DNA from: Candidatus Iainarchaeum sp. | GTDB taxonomy: Archaea; Iainarchaeota; Iainarchaeia; Iainarchaeales; CSSED10-239 | Assembly: GCA_028700115.1 (NCBI GenBank) | Contig: JAQVTI010000009.1 | Span: forward strand, 4,841-36,840 | Length of the DNA stretch: 32,000 nt | Direction of reading: 5' to 3' | Shown: positions 9,486 to 18,111 of the stretch, piece by piece | Layout: each line of letters begins with the position of its first letter | How positions within the stretch are numbered: position 1 is the stretch's first letter | Notes under the pieces: model-generated | What the model was told of the DNA's origin: nothing | Seen by the model: the letters and a program-made list of their open reading frames with translations, nothing else | The model's database searches: none | Translations under genes and position numbers: made by a program

Positions 9486-10907
9486 TTATTTCTTCTTTGT
9501 GAAAAATTCAATAGCAACTTCTAGTTCTTTATGTGTTTTTGCATATTCTTCAATTGAAATTCCTTTTTTATATGCCTCACATGCCTGAACTAAAGCCATT
9601 GCTCCTTCTTTTGTACCATTTGGATGAGCATGACAACCTGCACCCATAGTTGTAATAAAGTCAACTCCACCCATAACATCAATAAATGGTTTTAATAAAG
9701 TAGGGTTAAGTCCTCCTGAAACAATAGGTGTACATTTTTTTACACCTCTCCATTCATCTTCATCTAAGATAGCTTTGTGTGCATGATCTTTTTCTACATT
9801 TTCAATAAAATCTAAATCTTTTTCAGATATTTTACCCCAAGATTGATCAAAGAAAAATCCTTTTCCATATAAATCTAATATGTTTTTAGCAGCAGTGATG
9901 TCTGATTTAGGAGTTCCATCCATTTTTCCAACTCCAGCAGTTCCTGTATGTATCCCAGAAGCTCCTGCAAGTCTTGCAAATTTAGATAAAACTAAAACTG
10001 AAAATCCAAAATCATTTTCTGGTCTTGTAAAAGCACCGTGAGCTGCTCTATGGAAATGTATAAAAACATCAGGATATCTTCTTCTTAGAGTTTGAACAGC
10101 CATCCATCCTGCAGTAATCCCATCTATTAAAAATGCATATGAACCTTTTTCAAATCCTGCATTTTCAATCATTTCACATCTTTTAATCATTGTGTCAAAA
10201 TCTGCAGCTGAAACATTAAAAGAGTGTACTTTTTTCTTTCCAGTCTCTTTTACTGCCTTTTCCATTGCGTTTTTTACATGTTTTACCATTTTATCGTATG
10301 GACAGAAGTCTTGGTCTGCTTGAGGCTCATCGTTTTTAACAAAGTCTCCTCCACCAACCCAGAAGTCATAACAAACTTCTGCATATTCTGCTGAAGTTAG
10401 TCCCATTTTTGGCTTTACAATTGTTCCTAGAATAGGTCTATTATAAACATCTAAGTATTTTCTCATATCATCAATTGTGTATGATGGTCCATCAAATTGT
10501 TCTAGCATAGAAGGAGGAAACCATAAGTCTAAAAGTTTAAGAGCAGAAACTTCTTTCATACCTAAAACATTTCCTACAATGTAAGTTAGTATATTTTGTA
10601 CATTTCCAACTCTATCAAAAAGTCTCCATGGATATGCAATCCATACAAGTTCTTTTTCTTGATCTAAGTCATAAACTAAAGCATTCATTTCTCTTGAGAA
10701 TGCAGTTTCTGTTTGTACTTTAAAATTAGTCCCAGTTGAAGACTCAGCTGCAATTTCTGCTGCTGCTTGTAAGACATTTAGTCCTTTACCTTCTTTCATT
10801 CTAAAAACACAAAGAAGATATTCTCCATTTTTTGTGTTTGGTATATTAAAATTAACATAGGCTTTTTGTTTTTCATTTAAAGTTTCATATAATTCATTTT
10901 TATTCAT
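9486..10907 (-). CDS. rbcL: Ribulose-1,5-bisphosphate carboxylase large subunit, form II/III-like
   Basis: 473 aa; KPKMGL, carbamylation motif GGDFVKNDEPQADQDFCP, FHRAAHGAF, IHTGTAGVGKM, SGGLNP. Confidence 0.95.
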   Translation of the reverse strand: MNKNELYETLNEKQKAYVNFNIPNTKNGEYLLCVFRMKEGKGLNVLQAAAEIAAESSTGTNFKVQTETAFSREMNALVYDLDQEKELVWIAYPWRLFDRVGNVQNILTYIVGNVLGMKEVSALKLLDLWFPPSMLEQFDGPSYTIDDMRKYLDVYNRPILGTIVKPKMGLTSAEYAEVCYDFWVGGGDFVKNDEPQADQDFCPYDKMVKHVKNAMEKAVKETGKKKVHSFNVSAADFDTMIKRCEMIENAGFEKGSYAFLIDGITAGWMAVQTLRRRYPDVFIHFHRAAHGAFTRPENDFGFSVLVLSKFARLAGASGIHTGTAGVGKMDGTPKSDITAAKNILDLYGKGFFFDQSWGKISEKDLDFIENVEKDHAHKAILDEDEWRGVKKCTPIVSGGLNPTLLKPFIDVMGGVDFITTMGAGCHAHPNGTKEGAMALVQACEAYKKGISIEEYAKTHKELEVAIEFFTKKK

Positions 10908-10974
10908 ATTAATTACTCCTTTATAATTTAAATATTATATTTATTATAAAAGATAAATAGATTTATATGGATTA

Positions 10975-11250
10975 TTATTCTTCAATTTTTATAGCTTTTC
11001 CATTAACTATAGAATCAGTAACTTTTTTTCTAGCCTCAAGTAAAAGTCTATGAAAAGTAGGTTGTGAAATCTCCATTTCCTTTGCACATTCTTCTTGTGC
11101 TTTTCCTAAGAAGTCTTTAAGTCTTAATGCTTCAATTTCTTCTTTTTTAAGATCTACTTGTTCTAGTTCTCTTTTAGAAATTCCAGCAGGTTTAAAGTAT
11201 TTTACATCAGTTTCAAAACAAATTCTTCTTTTTTTTCTAGGTCTTGGCAT
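10975..11250 (-). CDS. DUF134 family protein (HTH, probable DNA-binding)
   Basis: MPRPRKKRRICFETDVKYFKPAGI...EALRLKDFLGKAQEECAKEMEISQPTFHRLLLEARKKV. Confidence 0.9.
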   Translation of the reverse strand: MPRPRKKRRICFETDVKYFKPAGISKRELEQVDLKKEEIEALRLKDFLGKAQEECAKEMEISQPTFHRLLLEARKKVTDSIVNGKAIKIEE

Positions 11251-11273
11251 ATTTTCTCATATTTTTTTCAAGT

Positions 11274-11618
11274 TTAATGATCACAGCTTTGTTTAATGTC
11301 TTTTAAGTAATCTATATTTTCAATAACTTCTTTTAGAATATTAAAATTTTCTGTTTTTAGTAAAATACTAGTTTTTGAAAATAAATCAATTGCTTTTTTT
11401 CCTATACCTTTTGTAAAAACTGCATCTATGTCTAGTTCTTGTATTTGTTCAACTGGTGTTTTTTCTTTAGAATGATCTATTATGTTTGGAATTATTTCTA
11501 AATTTTTAGAATCTGTAGAATATATTGCAAAAAAAGAACAATTTCCAAAATGTTCACTTAGTTTTGAGTCTAAGTTTTTATTTTCATCTAAAGCAATTAG
11601 TATTTTCATATTTTTCAA
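11274..11618 (-). CDS. NifX/NifB-like dinitrogenase iron-molybdenum cofactor family protein
   Basis: MKILIALDENKNLDSKLSEHFGNCSFFAIYS...DAVFTKGIGKKAIDLF. The first residues are MKNMKIL, so the true start may be the second Met. Confidence 0.85.
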   Translation of the reverse strand: MKNMKILIALDENKNLDSKLSEHFGNCSFFAIYSTDSKNLEIIPNIIDHSKEKTPVEQIQELDIDAVFTKGIGKKAIDLFSKTSILLKTENFNILKEVIENIDYLKDIKQSCDH

Positions 11619-11703
11619 ATATTTAATTTATATAAATATATATTCGTTAAAAACGTTTTTATGTGTTTTTATTAAAAGTTTTTTTAAAAGAAAAGGCTAC
11701 TAT

Positions 11704-11847
11704 TTATATAGTAGCTCTTCTTCTAAGTCCTCTTCCTCTTCCAAGACCTCTATTTTCTTGATTTGTATTATTATCATTGCATTTTCCTTGTTTTCTTCCA
11801 GTCATTGGACCTTTTCCATCAGGACCTGTTCTATCTTGATTTGGCAT
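11704..11847 (-). CDS. DUF5320-like small protein MPNQDRTGPDGKGPMTGRKQGKCNDNNTNQENRGLGRGRGLRRRATI (missed by the ORF track)
   Basis: Reverse complement read by hand: 47 aa with the signature TGPxGxGPMTGRxxGxC and an AGGAGG just upstream. Linked to the DUF134 and NifX-like genes. Confidence 0.85.
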   Translation of the reverse strand: MPNQDRTGPDGKGPMTGRKQGKCNDNNTNQENRGLGRGRGLRRRATI

Positions 11848-12076
11848 ATTAATTCCTCCTTTTATTGAATTTATATTCATATTGTGTTTGGAACAATTTA
11901 TAAATGTATTGAATATATATTCAATTTATTTTATAAACTTATAAACTAAAAAATATAAAATAATCTTTATTCTTTTTATAAATTTTATGTAAAACCAAAC
12001 CCCTTTTAATGATATTTGTTCTAATTATCTAAGTTTATGCTTATTTTAAACAAAAATATTAATAGGAGAGAAAATT

Positions 12077-12667
12077 ATGAGTGTTGAGAAAAATAATTGG
12101 GTAGAAATTGAATACGAAGGAAGTTTTGATGATGGAAAAGTATTTGATACAAACAAAGGTAAAGATCCTCTTAAATTTAGAATAGGAAGCAGAATGGTTA
12201 TTCCTGGATTTGAAAATGCAGTAATTGGTATGAAAGAAGGAGAAGAAAAAGAAGTTAAACTTACTCCTGGTGAAGCATATGGTCCAAAAAACGAAGAAGT
12301 TGTAGATTTACCAAAATCAGCTTTTGCTTCTCTAGAAGGTCTAGAAGAAGGAAAAGAACTTGAAATCATGACAAACATGGGTCCTATGTTAATTGAAGTT
12401 AAAAAATTAGAAGAAGAAAACATAAAAGCTGTTTTAAATCATCCTATGGCTGGTAAAAATTTAAATTTTAAAATTAAATTAATTAGAGTTTTACCAGAAG
12501 AAGAAGCTAAAAAAGAAGATGAATTATTTGCTCAAAGAATAAAAGATATGCAAGAGCAAATGGCAAAAGCTCAAGAAGAACATAACCATGAAGGATGCGA
12601 TTGTGGAGATGATTCTTGTAATGATGAATCATGTTCATGTGAAGATAAGGAAGAAAAGAAAGAATAA
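12077..12667 (+). CDS. FKBP-type peptidyl-prolyl cis-trans isomerase (SlyD-like)
   Basis: YEGSFDDGKVFDTN...PLKFRIGSRMVIPGFENAVIGMKEGEEKEVKLTPGEAYG, with a Cys/Asp-rich metal-binding-like tail CDCGDDSCNDESCSCEDKEE. Confidence 0.95.
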   Translation: MSVEKNNWVEIEYEGSFDDGKVFDTNKGKDPLKFRIGSRMVIPGFENAVIGMKEGEEKEVKLTPGEAYGPKNEEVVDLPKSAFASLEGLEEGKELEIMTNMGPMLIEVKKLEEENIKAVLNHPMAGKNLNFKIKLIRVLPEEEAKKEDELFAQRIKDMQEQMAKAQEEHNHEGCDCGDDSCNDESCSCEDKEEKKE

Positions 12668-12705
12668 TTTCTTTCTTTTTTTATATTTTTTTATAAGTGA
12701 TTTTT

Positions 12706-12864
12706 ATGAAAGTTTATGTGTGTTATCATATTATGAGGGATAAAAAATCATTTACAATAGATTTAGTTACTAGTTCTAAGAAAAAAGCAGACGAATGGTT
12801 TAAAGAAAACGATCCATATCTTTGGAGTGATGCAAAGATAGAGGAACATGAAGTTACTGAATAA
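12706..12864 (+). CDS. Small hypothetical protein MKVYVCYHIMRDKKSFTIDLVTSSKKKADEWFKENDPYLWSDAKIEEHEVTE
   Basis: 52-aa ORF read by hand directly after the FKBP gene. Confidence 0.4.
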   Translation: MKVYVCYHIMRDKKSFTIDLVTSSKKKADEWFKENDPYLWSDAKIEEHEVTE

Positions 12865-12897
12865 CTTCATTTAATATTTTTCTATTTTTAATAGTTT

Positions 12898-12950
12898 ACG
12901 TTATAACGTTAACTTTTAATGAATAGTTAACGGTATACTGTTAACTTTTA
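12898..12950. promoter_or_regulatory. Operator-like palindrome cluster
   Basis: Perfect 12-bp palindrome ACGTTATAACGT (12898-12909), and three GTTAAC sites at 12908, 12926 and 12940, two of them followed by TTTTA. Confidence 0.4.
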
Positions 12951-12954
12951 TGTG

Positions 12955-13009
12955 AATAATTCCTTTTCGTATTGAGTAAATTTTAATTATTTTCCCTTTG
13001 CCAAAAGGA
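12955..13009 (+). repeat. Direct repeat copy A flanking the AAA ATPase gene
   Basis: 55 bp, 50/55 identical to 14312-14366. Contains an ATTCCTTTT ... AAAAGGAAT inverted repeat. Confidence 0.85.
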
Positions 13010-13044
13010 ATATATTTATATATGTTTTTATATATAATTTTAAT

Positions 13045-14304
13045 ATGGATAAAGATTATTTAGAAAGAATAATTTTAGATCAGTCTGAAGATCTTAAACA
13101 AATAGATTTAGGTTTACCTAGAGATAAACTTTTAGATTTAGATACTCAAATTAAATCAAAAATAAATATAATAATTACAGGTGTTAGGCGTTGTGGTAAA
13201 TCTACTTTATTATTACAAATAATGAATAAATATTATAAAAATAAATTTTATTATTTAAGATTTGCAGATGAAAGACTTTCAGATATAAAAATAGATGATT
13301 ATCAAAAAATATATGAAATATTTCAATCAAATTTTAATATGAATAATATATTTTTTTTTGATGAAATACAAGGTAAACCTAATTGGGATAAATTTGTTAA
13401 TAGATTGTATGAAACTGGAAATAAATTTTATATAACTGGATCAAATTCAGAATTATTAAGTAAAGAAATATCTACTTATCTTACAGGAAGACATTTAGAT
13501 GTTGAATTATATCCTTTTTCTTTTAAAGAATATTTAAATTTTAAAAAGATTAATTTAGATTATAGATATTCAAAAAATTTAATAAAAATAGAAAAAGAAC
13601 TAAATAACTATATAAAAATAGGTGGTTTTCCACAAGTTGTTGTTGAAAATAATTTAGTATTACTTGAAGAAATATATGAAGATATAATTAATAAAGATAT
13701 TTTATTAAGATATAATTTAAATGATGTAGCTATTTTTAAAAAAATAGCATTATTTTTAATATCAAATATATCAAAAGAATTTTCATATAATTCTATTAAG
13801 AAAATGTACGATATAGGTAATTCTGATACTGTTAGAAATTATGTTTATTATCTTAAAAATGCTTATTTATTATTTGAATTACCTAAATATGACTATTCTT
13901 TGAAAAAACAAGAAAGTTATTCTAAAAAGATTTATGCTATAGATACTGGTTTAATAAATAAGTTGGCTTTTTCTTTTTCTGAGAATATAGGTCGGCTTTA
14001 TGAAAATTTAGTTTTTATAGAATTAAAAAGAAGAAATAAAAGGATATATTTTTGGAAAGATAAATCTAATTATGAAATAGATTTTATAATTTTAGAAAAA
14101 AATAAAGTGACTTCTTTAATACAAGTTGTATATGATTTAAGTGATTTAAAAACAAAAGAAAGAGAAATAAGAGGCTTAATTTCTGGTTTAAAAGAATTTA
14201 AGCTTAAAGAAGGTATAATAATTACAAAAGATTTAGACAAAAAAGAAAAAATAGATAATTTAACTATAAAATATATACCTTTATGGAAATGGTTATTAGA
14301 ATAA
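13045..14304 (+). CDS. AAA+ superfamily ATPase with DUF4143-type C terminus
   Basis: Walker A GVRRCGKST, Walker B-like IFFFDEIQ, TGSNSELLSKEISTYLTGR, NYVYYLKNAYLLFELPKYD, YAIDTGL, YENLVFIELKRR, YEIDFIILE. Confidence 0.92.
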   Translation: MDKDYLERIILDQSEDLKQIDLGLPRDKLLDLDTQIKSKINIIITGVRRCGKSTLLLQIMNKYYKNKFYYLRFADERLSDIKIDDYQKIYEIFQSNFNMNNIFFFDEIQGKPNWDKFVNRLYETGNKFYITGSNSELLSKEISTYLTGRHLDVELYPFSFKEYLNFKKINLDYRYSKNLIKIEKELNNYIKIGGFPQVVVENNLVLLEEIYEDIINKDILLRYNLNDVAIFKKIALFLISNISKEFSYNSIKKMYDIGNSDTVRNYVYYLKNAYLLFELPKYDYSLKKQESYSKKIYAIDTGLINKLAFSFSENIGRLYENLVFIELKRRNKRIYFWKDKSNYEIDFIILEKNKVTSLIQVVYDLSDLKTKEREIRGLISGLKEFKLKEGIIITKDLDKKEKIDNLTIKYIPLWKWLLE

Positions 14305-14311
14305 TTTTTTA

Positions 14312-14366
14312 AATAATTCCTTTTGGTATTGAGTAAATATTAGATATTTTCCCTTTGCTAAAAGGA
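14312..14366 (+). repeat. Direct repeat copy B flanking the AAA ATPase gene
   Basis: AATAATTCCTTTTGGTATTGAGTAAATATTAGATATTTTCCCTTTGCTAAAAGGA, 50/55 identical to 12955-13009. Confidence 0.85.
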
Positions 14367-14402
14367 TAATTTTATTCATTGGTATTGAACAAATTTCTTG
14401 TT

Positions 14403-14425
14403 TTTGTTCATTTTAAATGAACAAA
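14403..14425. repeat. Inverted repeat (11-bp perfect arms, 1-nt centre)
   Basis: TTTGTTCATTT T AAATGAACAAA. Confidence 0.7.
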
Positions 14426-14549
14426 TCTTTTATTTTTAATTTGTATATTTATTTTAGAATCCTTTTTTTTAATTTTTTCTAAAATAAACCTATTTTTAAA
14501 TATTCTTTGTTTCTATATTATATATATTATATATTATGGAGGACTATAT

Positions 14550-15842
14550 ATGTTAGATATAAAATATATCAGAGAATATCCTGATAAAGTAAAAGAAAAC
14601 CTAGAAAAGAAAAATAGATCAGATAAGTCCTTTTTAGTTGATGATATTTTAAAATTAGATGAAGATTATAGAGCTTTAATAAAAATTGTAAATGATTTAA
14701 AACATCAAAGAAATAAAATTACAGAAAACATAAAACAAGAAAAAATAAAAGGAAATGATACTTCTGATTTAATCTTAGAAGCAAAAGAACTTCCTGGTAA
14801 AATAAAAGAAAAAGACGAAGAATTAAAAGCTCTAAAACTAGAACTTCTAAAATTACAAAACCAAATACCAAACATAGTAAGTCCAGAGACACCTTTAGGA
14901 AAAGATGAATCTGAAAACAAAGAGATTGAAATGTATGGTGAGATTGTAAAAAAAGATTTTAAAATAAAGCATCATGGTGAAATTTTAGAAAAACTAAATG
15001 TTTTAGATCTAGATTCAGCTAGAGAAAACTCAGGAAAGGGATTTTATTATTTAAAAGGAGATTTAGCTCTTTTAAATAATGCACTTATTAGATATGCACA
15101 AGATATCTTTGCAAAAAAAGGATATACATTTATCTTACCTCCTTTAATGATAAATAAACAAGCATGTGATGGTGTTATTGATTTTGAGTTTTTTAGAGAT
15201 ATGGTTTATAAGATAGAAAATGAAGACTTATATCTAATAGGTACATCAGAACATCCATTAATTGCAATGTTTATAAATAAAGTTATTCCTGAAGAAAACT
15301 TGCCTATTAAGCTATATGGATTTTCAAGTTGTTTTAGAAAAGAAATAGGTGCTCATGGACTTGATGAGAGAGGGCTTTTTAGACTTCATCAATTTGATAA
15401 GGTTGAACAAGTTGTAATCTGTAAGCCAGATGAATCTATTCAAATATTTGATGAACTTAAAAACAATACTGTAGATTTATTTAAATCTCTAGGGCTTCCT
15501 ACAAGGGTTTTAGAACTTTGTACAGGAGATTTAGGAGATCATAAGTATAGACAAGTAGATATTGAAGTTTTTTCACCTAGAAAAAATGACTTTATTGAAG
15601 TAGGTTCTTGTTCAAACTTAACAGAAGCTCAAGCAATTGGTCTAAATATTAAGGTAAAAAACAAACAATCTGAAAAATACTATGCACATACACTAAATAA
15701 CACTGGAATTGCAACACAAAGAGCACTTGTTGCAATTGTAGAAAACTTTCAAACAGAAAAAGGAACAATTAAGGTTCCAGATGTTTTAGTGCCTTATATG
15801 TATGGAAAAGAAGAGATAGAAGTTAATCCTTCTTTCTTTTAA
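14550..15842 (+). CDS. serS: Seryl-tRNA synthetase (bacterial-type)
   Basis: MLDIKYIREYPDKVKENLEKK, the GTSEHPLIAM region, FRKEIGAHGLDERGLFRLHQFDKVE, IEVGSCSNLTEAQAIGLNIK, and GTIKVPDVLVPYM. Confidence 0.96.
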   Translation: MLDIKYIREYPDKVKENLEKKNRSDKSFLVDDILKLDEDYRALIKIVNDLKHQRNKITENIKQEKIKGNDTSDLILEAKELPGKIKEKDEELKALKLELLKLQNQIPNIVSPETPLGKDESENKEIEMYGEIVKKDFKIKHHGEILEKLNVLDLDSARENSGKGFYYLKGDLALLNNALIRYAQDIFAKKGYTFILPPLMINKQACDGVIDFEFFRDMVYKIENEDLYLIGTSEHPLIAMFINKVIPEENLPIKLYGFSSCFRKEIGAHGLDERGLFRLHQFDKVEQVVICKPDESIQIFDELKNNTVDLFKSLGLPTRVLELCTGDLGDHKYRQVDIEVFSPRKNDFIEVGSCSNLTEAQAIGLNIKVKNKQSEKYYAHTLNNTGIATQRALVAIVENFQTEKGTIKVPDVLVPYMYGKEEIEVNPSFF

Positions 15843-15883
15843 TTTTTTTTAAATAAATAAATTATAAAAAATTATAGGTTAAG

Positions 15884-16294
15884 ATGCAAATGATAAAAGA
15901 AGACTGTATATTTTGTAAAATTGCACAAAAGCAAATTCCTTCAGCAATAATTTATGAAGATGATAATTATTTAGCTTTTTTAGATAGAAATCCAATGCAT
16001 CCTGGACACACTTTATTAATTCCTAAAGAGCATACAGATTATATATTTGATTTAAATGATGAAAAACTAAGTGAACTTTTTATAATTTCTAAAAAGGTAA
16101 GTCAAATTCTAAAAAAAGCAACTAATTGTGAAAAAGTAGGAATTGCTGTGGAAGGTTTTCTAGTAAGACATGTTCATGTGCATTTAGTTCCATTAAATAA
16201 TGGAGATTCACTAGATCCTTGTTTACAAAAACCAGCAGAACAAAGTGAACTTGATAGTGTTTATGAAAAAATAATTAAATCTAAAGAAAAGTAA
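15884..16294 (+). CDS. HIT family nucleotide-binding hydrolase
   Basis: DCIFCKIAQKQIPS...LDRNPMHPGHTLLIPKEH and the triad HVHVHLVP. Confidence 0.95.
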   Translation: MQMIKEDCIFCKIAQKQIPSAIIYEDDNYLAFLDRNPMHPGHTLLIPKEHTDYIFDLNDEKLSELFIISKKVSQILKKATNCEKVGIAVEGFLVRHVHVHLVPLNNGDSLDPCLQKPAEQSELDSVYEKIIKSKEK

Positions 16295-16415
16295 ATTAAT
16301 TTTTGGAAAATTTAACCTGGATTAAAAGAAAAATTTTTGGACTTTAAAAAATAAAACTATAATGTTATTAATTGTTGGATTTGGGGCTTTAATTAATACT
16401 ATAATTTATATTATT

Positions 16416-17345
16416 TTATTGTTGTTTATTATAAACTTTAACTATTTTTTTATAAAATTTACACATTTCCATAAATTGATTAGGATTTGTCTTTTCTAAA
16501 AATTTGCACCCTCCTTTACAGTAATTCCATATTTCGCAATTTTTATTTAAACATATATTAATATTATTTATTTTTTTTAGATTATATTTTTTATACATTG
16601 TTAATAAATGACATCTATCATAACTACCATCTGGAAATATTCCATAAGTTGTATTTTCATAATAACCACAAAATTTATTTTTATTTAATTTATTATCTAA
16701 ATAATTAAAAAAATAATTTGAAAATGGGGATATTTTTATATTTTTTTTATGAAGTGAAAGTATGTATTCTATATCTTTAATAGTTATTCTTTTTATAGAA
16801 TTTATATTGGAAAAATTAAATCCTATGTAATTTGGATTTAATTTTAATAAATTAATTATATTCTTTTTAAAATTAATTTTTGTAGATATTGTGGATGATA
16901 TTTGTAATTGTATCCCTCCTTTTTTAATTAATTTAGCATTTGTTATAAGTTTTTTTATATTGGTTGATCTATTTTTTAAATTAGTTTCAATAGGGTCAAT
17001 ACTTATAGTTATATTTTTAATACCCCAATTTTTAAGTTTTTTAATTGTATTTTTGTTAATTAAAGTTCCATTTGTAATTATATTAAAATTGTAAATACCT
17101 AGTAATTTTAATCTTATTATAATTTTTTTAATGTTTTTTAAGTCTAATAAAGGTTCTCCACCATAAAAAATAATTGTAGAATCCGATCTATATTTTTTTG
17201 GAACTAATAAGTTAATAGAATTTATAATATTATTTATGTCAAATGCATTTTTTTTATTTAATAAATTAATTTTTTTTAAATAACAATATTTACAATTTAA
17301 GTTACAATTATATGTAGTTATTATAAATAATTTATATTTTTTCAT
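16416..17345 (-). CDS. Radical SAM/SPASM domain protein
   Basis: CNLNCKYC, FYGGEPLLD, ITNGTL, and C-terminal CGYYENTTYGIFPDGSYDRCHLL...NICLNKNCEIWNYCKGGCKF...MC. Confidence 0.92.
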   Translation of the reverse strand: MKKYKLFIITTYNCNLNCKYCYLKKINLLNKKNAFDINNIINSINLLVPKKYRSDSTIIFYGGEPLLDLKNIKKIIIRLKLLGIYNFNIITNGTLINKNTIKKLKNWGIKNITISIDPIETNLKNRSTNIKKLITNAKLIKKGGIQLQISSTISTKINFKKNIINLLKLNPNYIGFNFSNINSIKRITIKDIEYILSLHKKNIKISPFSNYFFNYLDNKLNKNKFCGYYENTTYGIFPDGSYDRCHLLTMYKKYNLKKINNINICLNKNCEIWNYCKGGCKFLEKTNPNQFMEMCKFYKKIVKVYNKQQ

Positions 17346-17779
17346 AATTCTTCTAAAATATTAATGGTTTTTTCTAAATTATAATTTATAAATAAATTAT
17401 CTCTTTTATTTTTATAATTTTTTATTAATTTATTTATATTATCGTTAATTAATATTGGATCACAATTTAGAAATAATAATTTTTTACAGTTATTATAAAA
17501 ATATGTGGTTAACAATAAATTATCTAGTATGTTATAATTTATTTTAACAAAAGTATTTACCGATAAAGGATAAATTAAAATTAAATTTGGTTTTGGAATT
17601 GAATTAATATTACTCCATTCTATTTTTCTATTTTTTAAAAATTTGAATTTATTTAAATTAAATAAATTATATGAATTATTTGAAATACAATAATATACTT
17701 TATTTTTTTTAAGGATATTGTTAATTTTATCTAAATTCAATATATTTTGACCAGCACAAACTAAAACATATATAATCAT
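17342..17779 (-). CDS. Short flavoprotein of the HFCD (EpiD/phosphopantothenoylcysteine decarboxylase-like) family
   Basis: PNLILIYPLSVNTFVKINYNILDNLLLTTY corresponds to the PASANTxxKIAxGIxDNLLTT block of EpiD/Dfp. 145 aa; the PMNxxMW clamp is degenerate. Confidence 0.72.
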   Translation of the reverse strand: MIIYVLVCAGQNILNLDKINNILKKNKVYYCISNNSYNLFNLNKFKFLKNRKIEWSNINSIPKPNLILIYPLSVNTFVKINYNILDNLLLTTYFYNNCKKLLFLNCDPILINDNINKLIKNYKNKRDNLFINYNLEKTINILEEL

Positions 17780-18108
17780 AAATTATCAATTGTAATGGTT
17801 TTTTTATTAAAATCAATTATTAATTTTTTATTATTTTTAAACAAATTTATATTATCTACTTTTATTAAAAATATTTTTTTTTCTCTAGCAAATATACTCA
17901 TGTGACTTAAATAACTTCCATTTTCAATAATTCCCCCTAATGAATAAAGTAAATATGGAGAATCCATAGGGGTTAGGGATTTAGAAATTAGAATTTTATC
18001 TTTAATTTTATTTAAATTTGTATTATTTTTTAAAATCAAAGATTTTCCAGAAATTATTTTTGTCATATTAGATTTACTTAATATTTCAAATTTAATTTTA
18101 TTTATCAT
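17776..18108 (-). CDS. Stand-alone PEP-utilising enzyme mobile-domain-like (phosphohistidine swivel) protein
   Basis: KILISKSLTPMDSPYLLYSLGGIIENGSYLSHMSIFAREKKIFLIKV matches the mobile domain, including the SH...AR catalytic block. Confidence 0.78.
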   Translation of the reverse strand: MINKIKFEILSKSNMTKIISGKSLILKNNTNLNKIKDKILISKSLTPMDSPYLLYSLGGIIENGSYLSHMSIFAREKKIFLIKVDNINLFKNNKKLIIDFNKKTITIDNL

Positions 18109-18111
18109 TTA

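Noticed and set aside
11482-11868. Plus-strand 128-aa Ser-rich ORF
   Set aside because: Antisense to the NifX-like and DUF5320-like genes; the Ser runs come from the reverse of the Arg/Gly codons.
12046-12423. Minus-strand 125-aa ORF
   Set aside because: Antisense to the FKBP-type isomerase gene.
14705-14920. Minus-strand 71-aa ORF
   Set aside because: Antisense to serS.
16361-16498. Short plus-strand hydrophobic ORF MLLIVGFGALINTIIYIILLLFIINFNYFF...
   Set aside because: Overlaps the 3' end of the SPASM gene antisense, with no clear ribosome-binding site. AT-rich DNA readily gives such hydrophobic frames.
16891-17094. Plus-strand 67-aa ORF
   Set aside because: Antisense to the radical SAM-SPASM gene 16416..17345.
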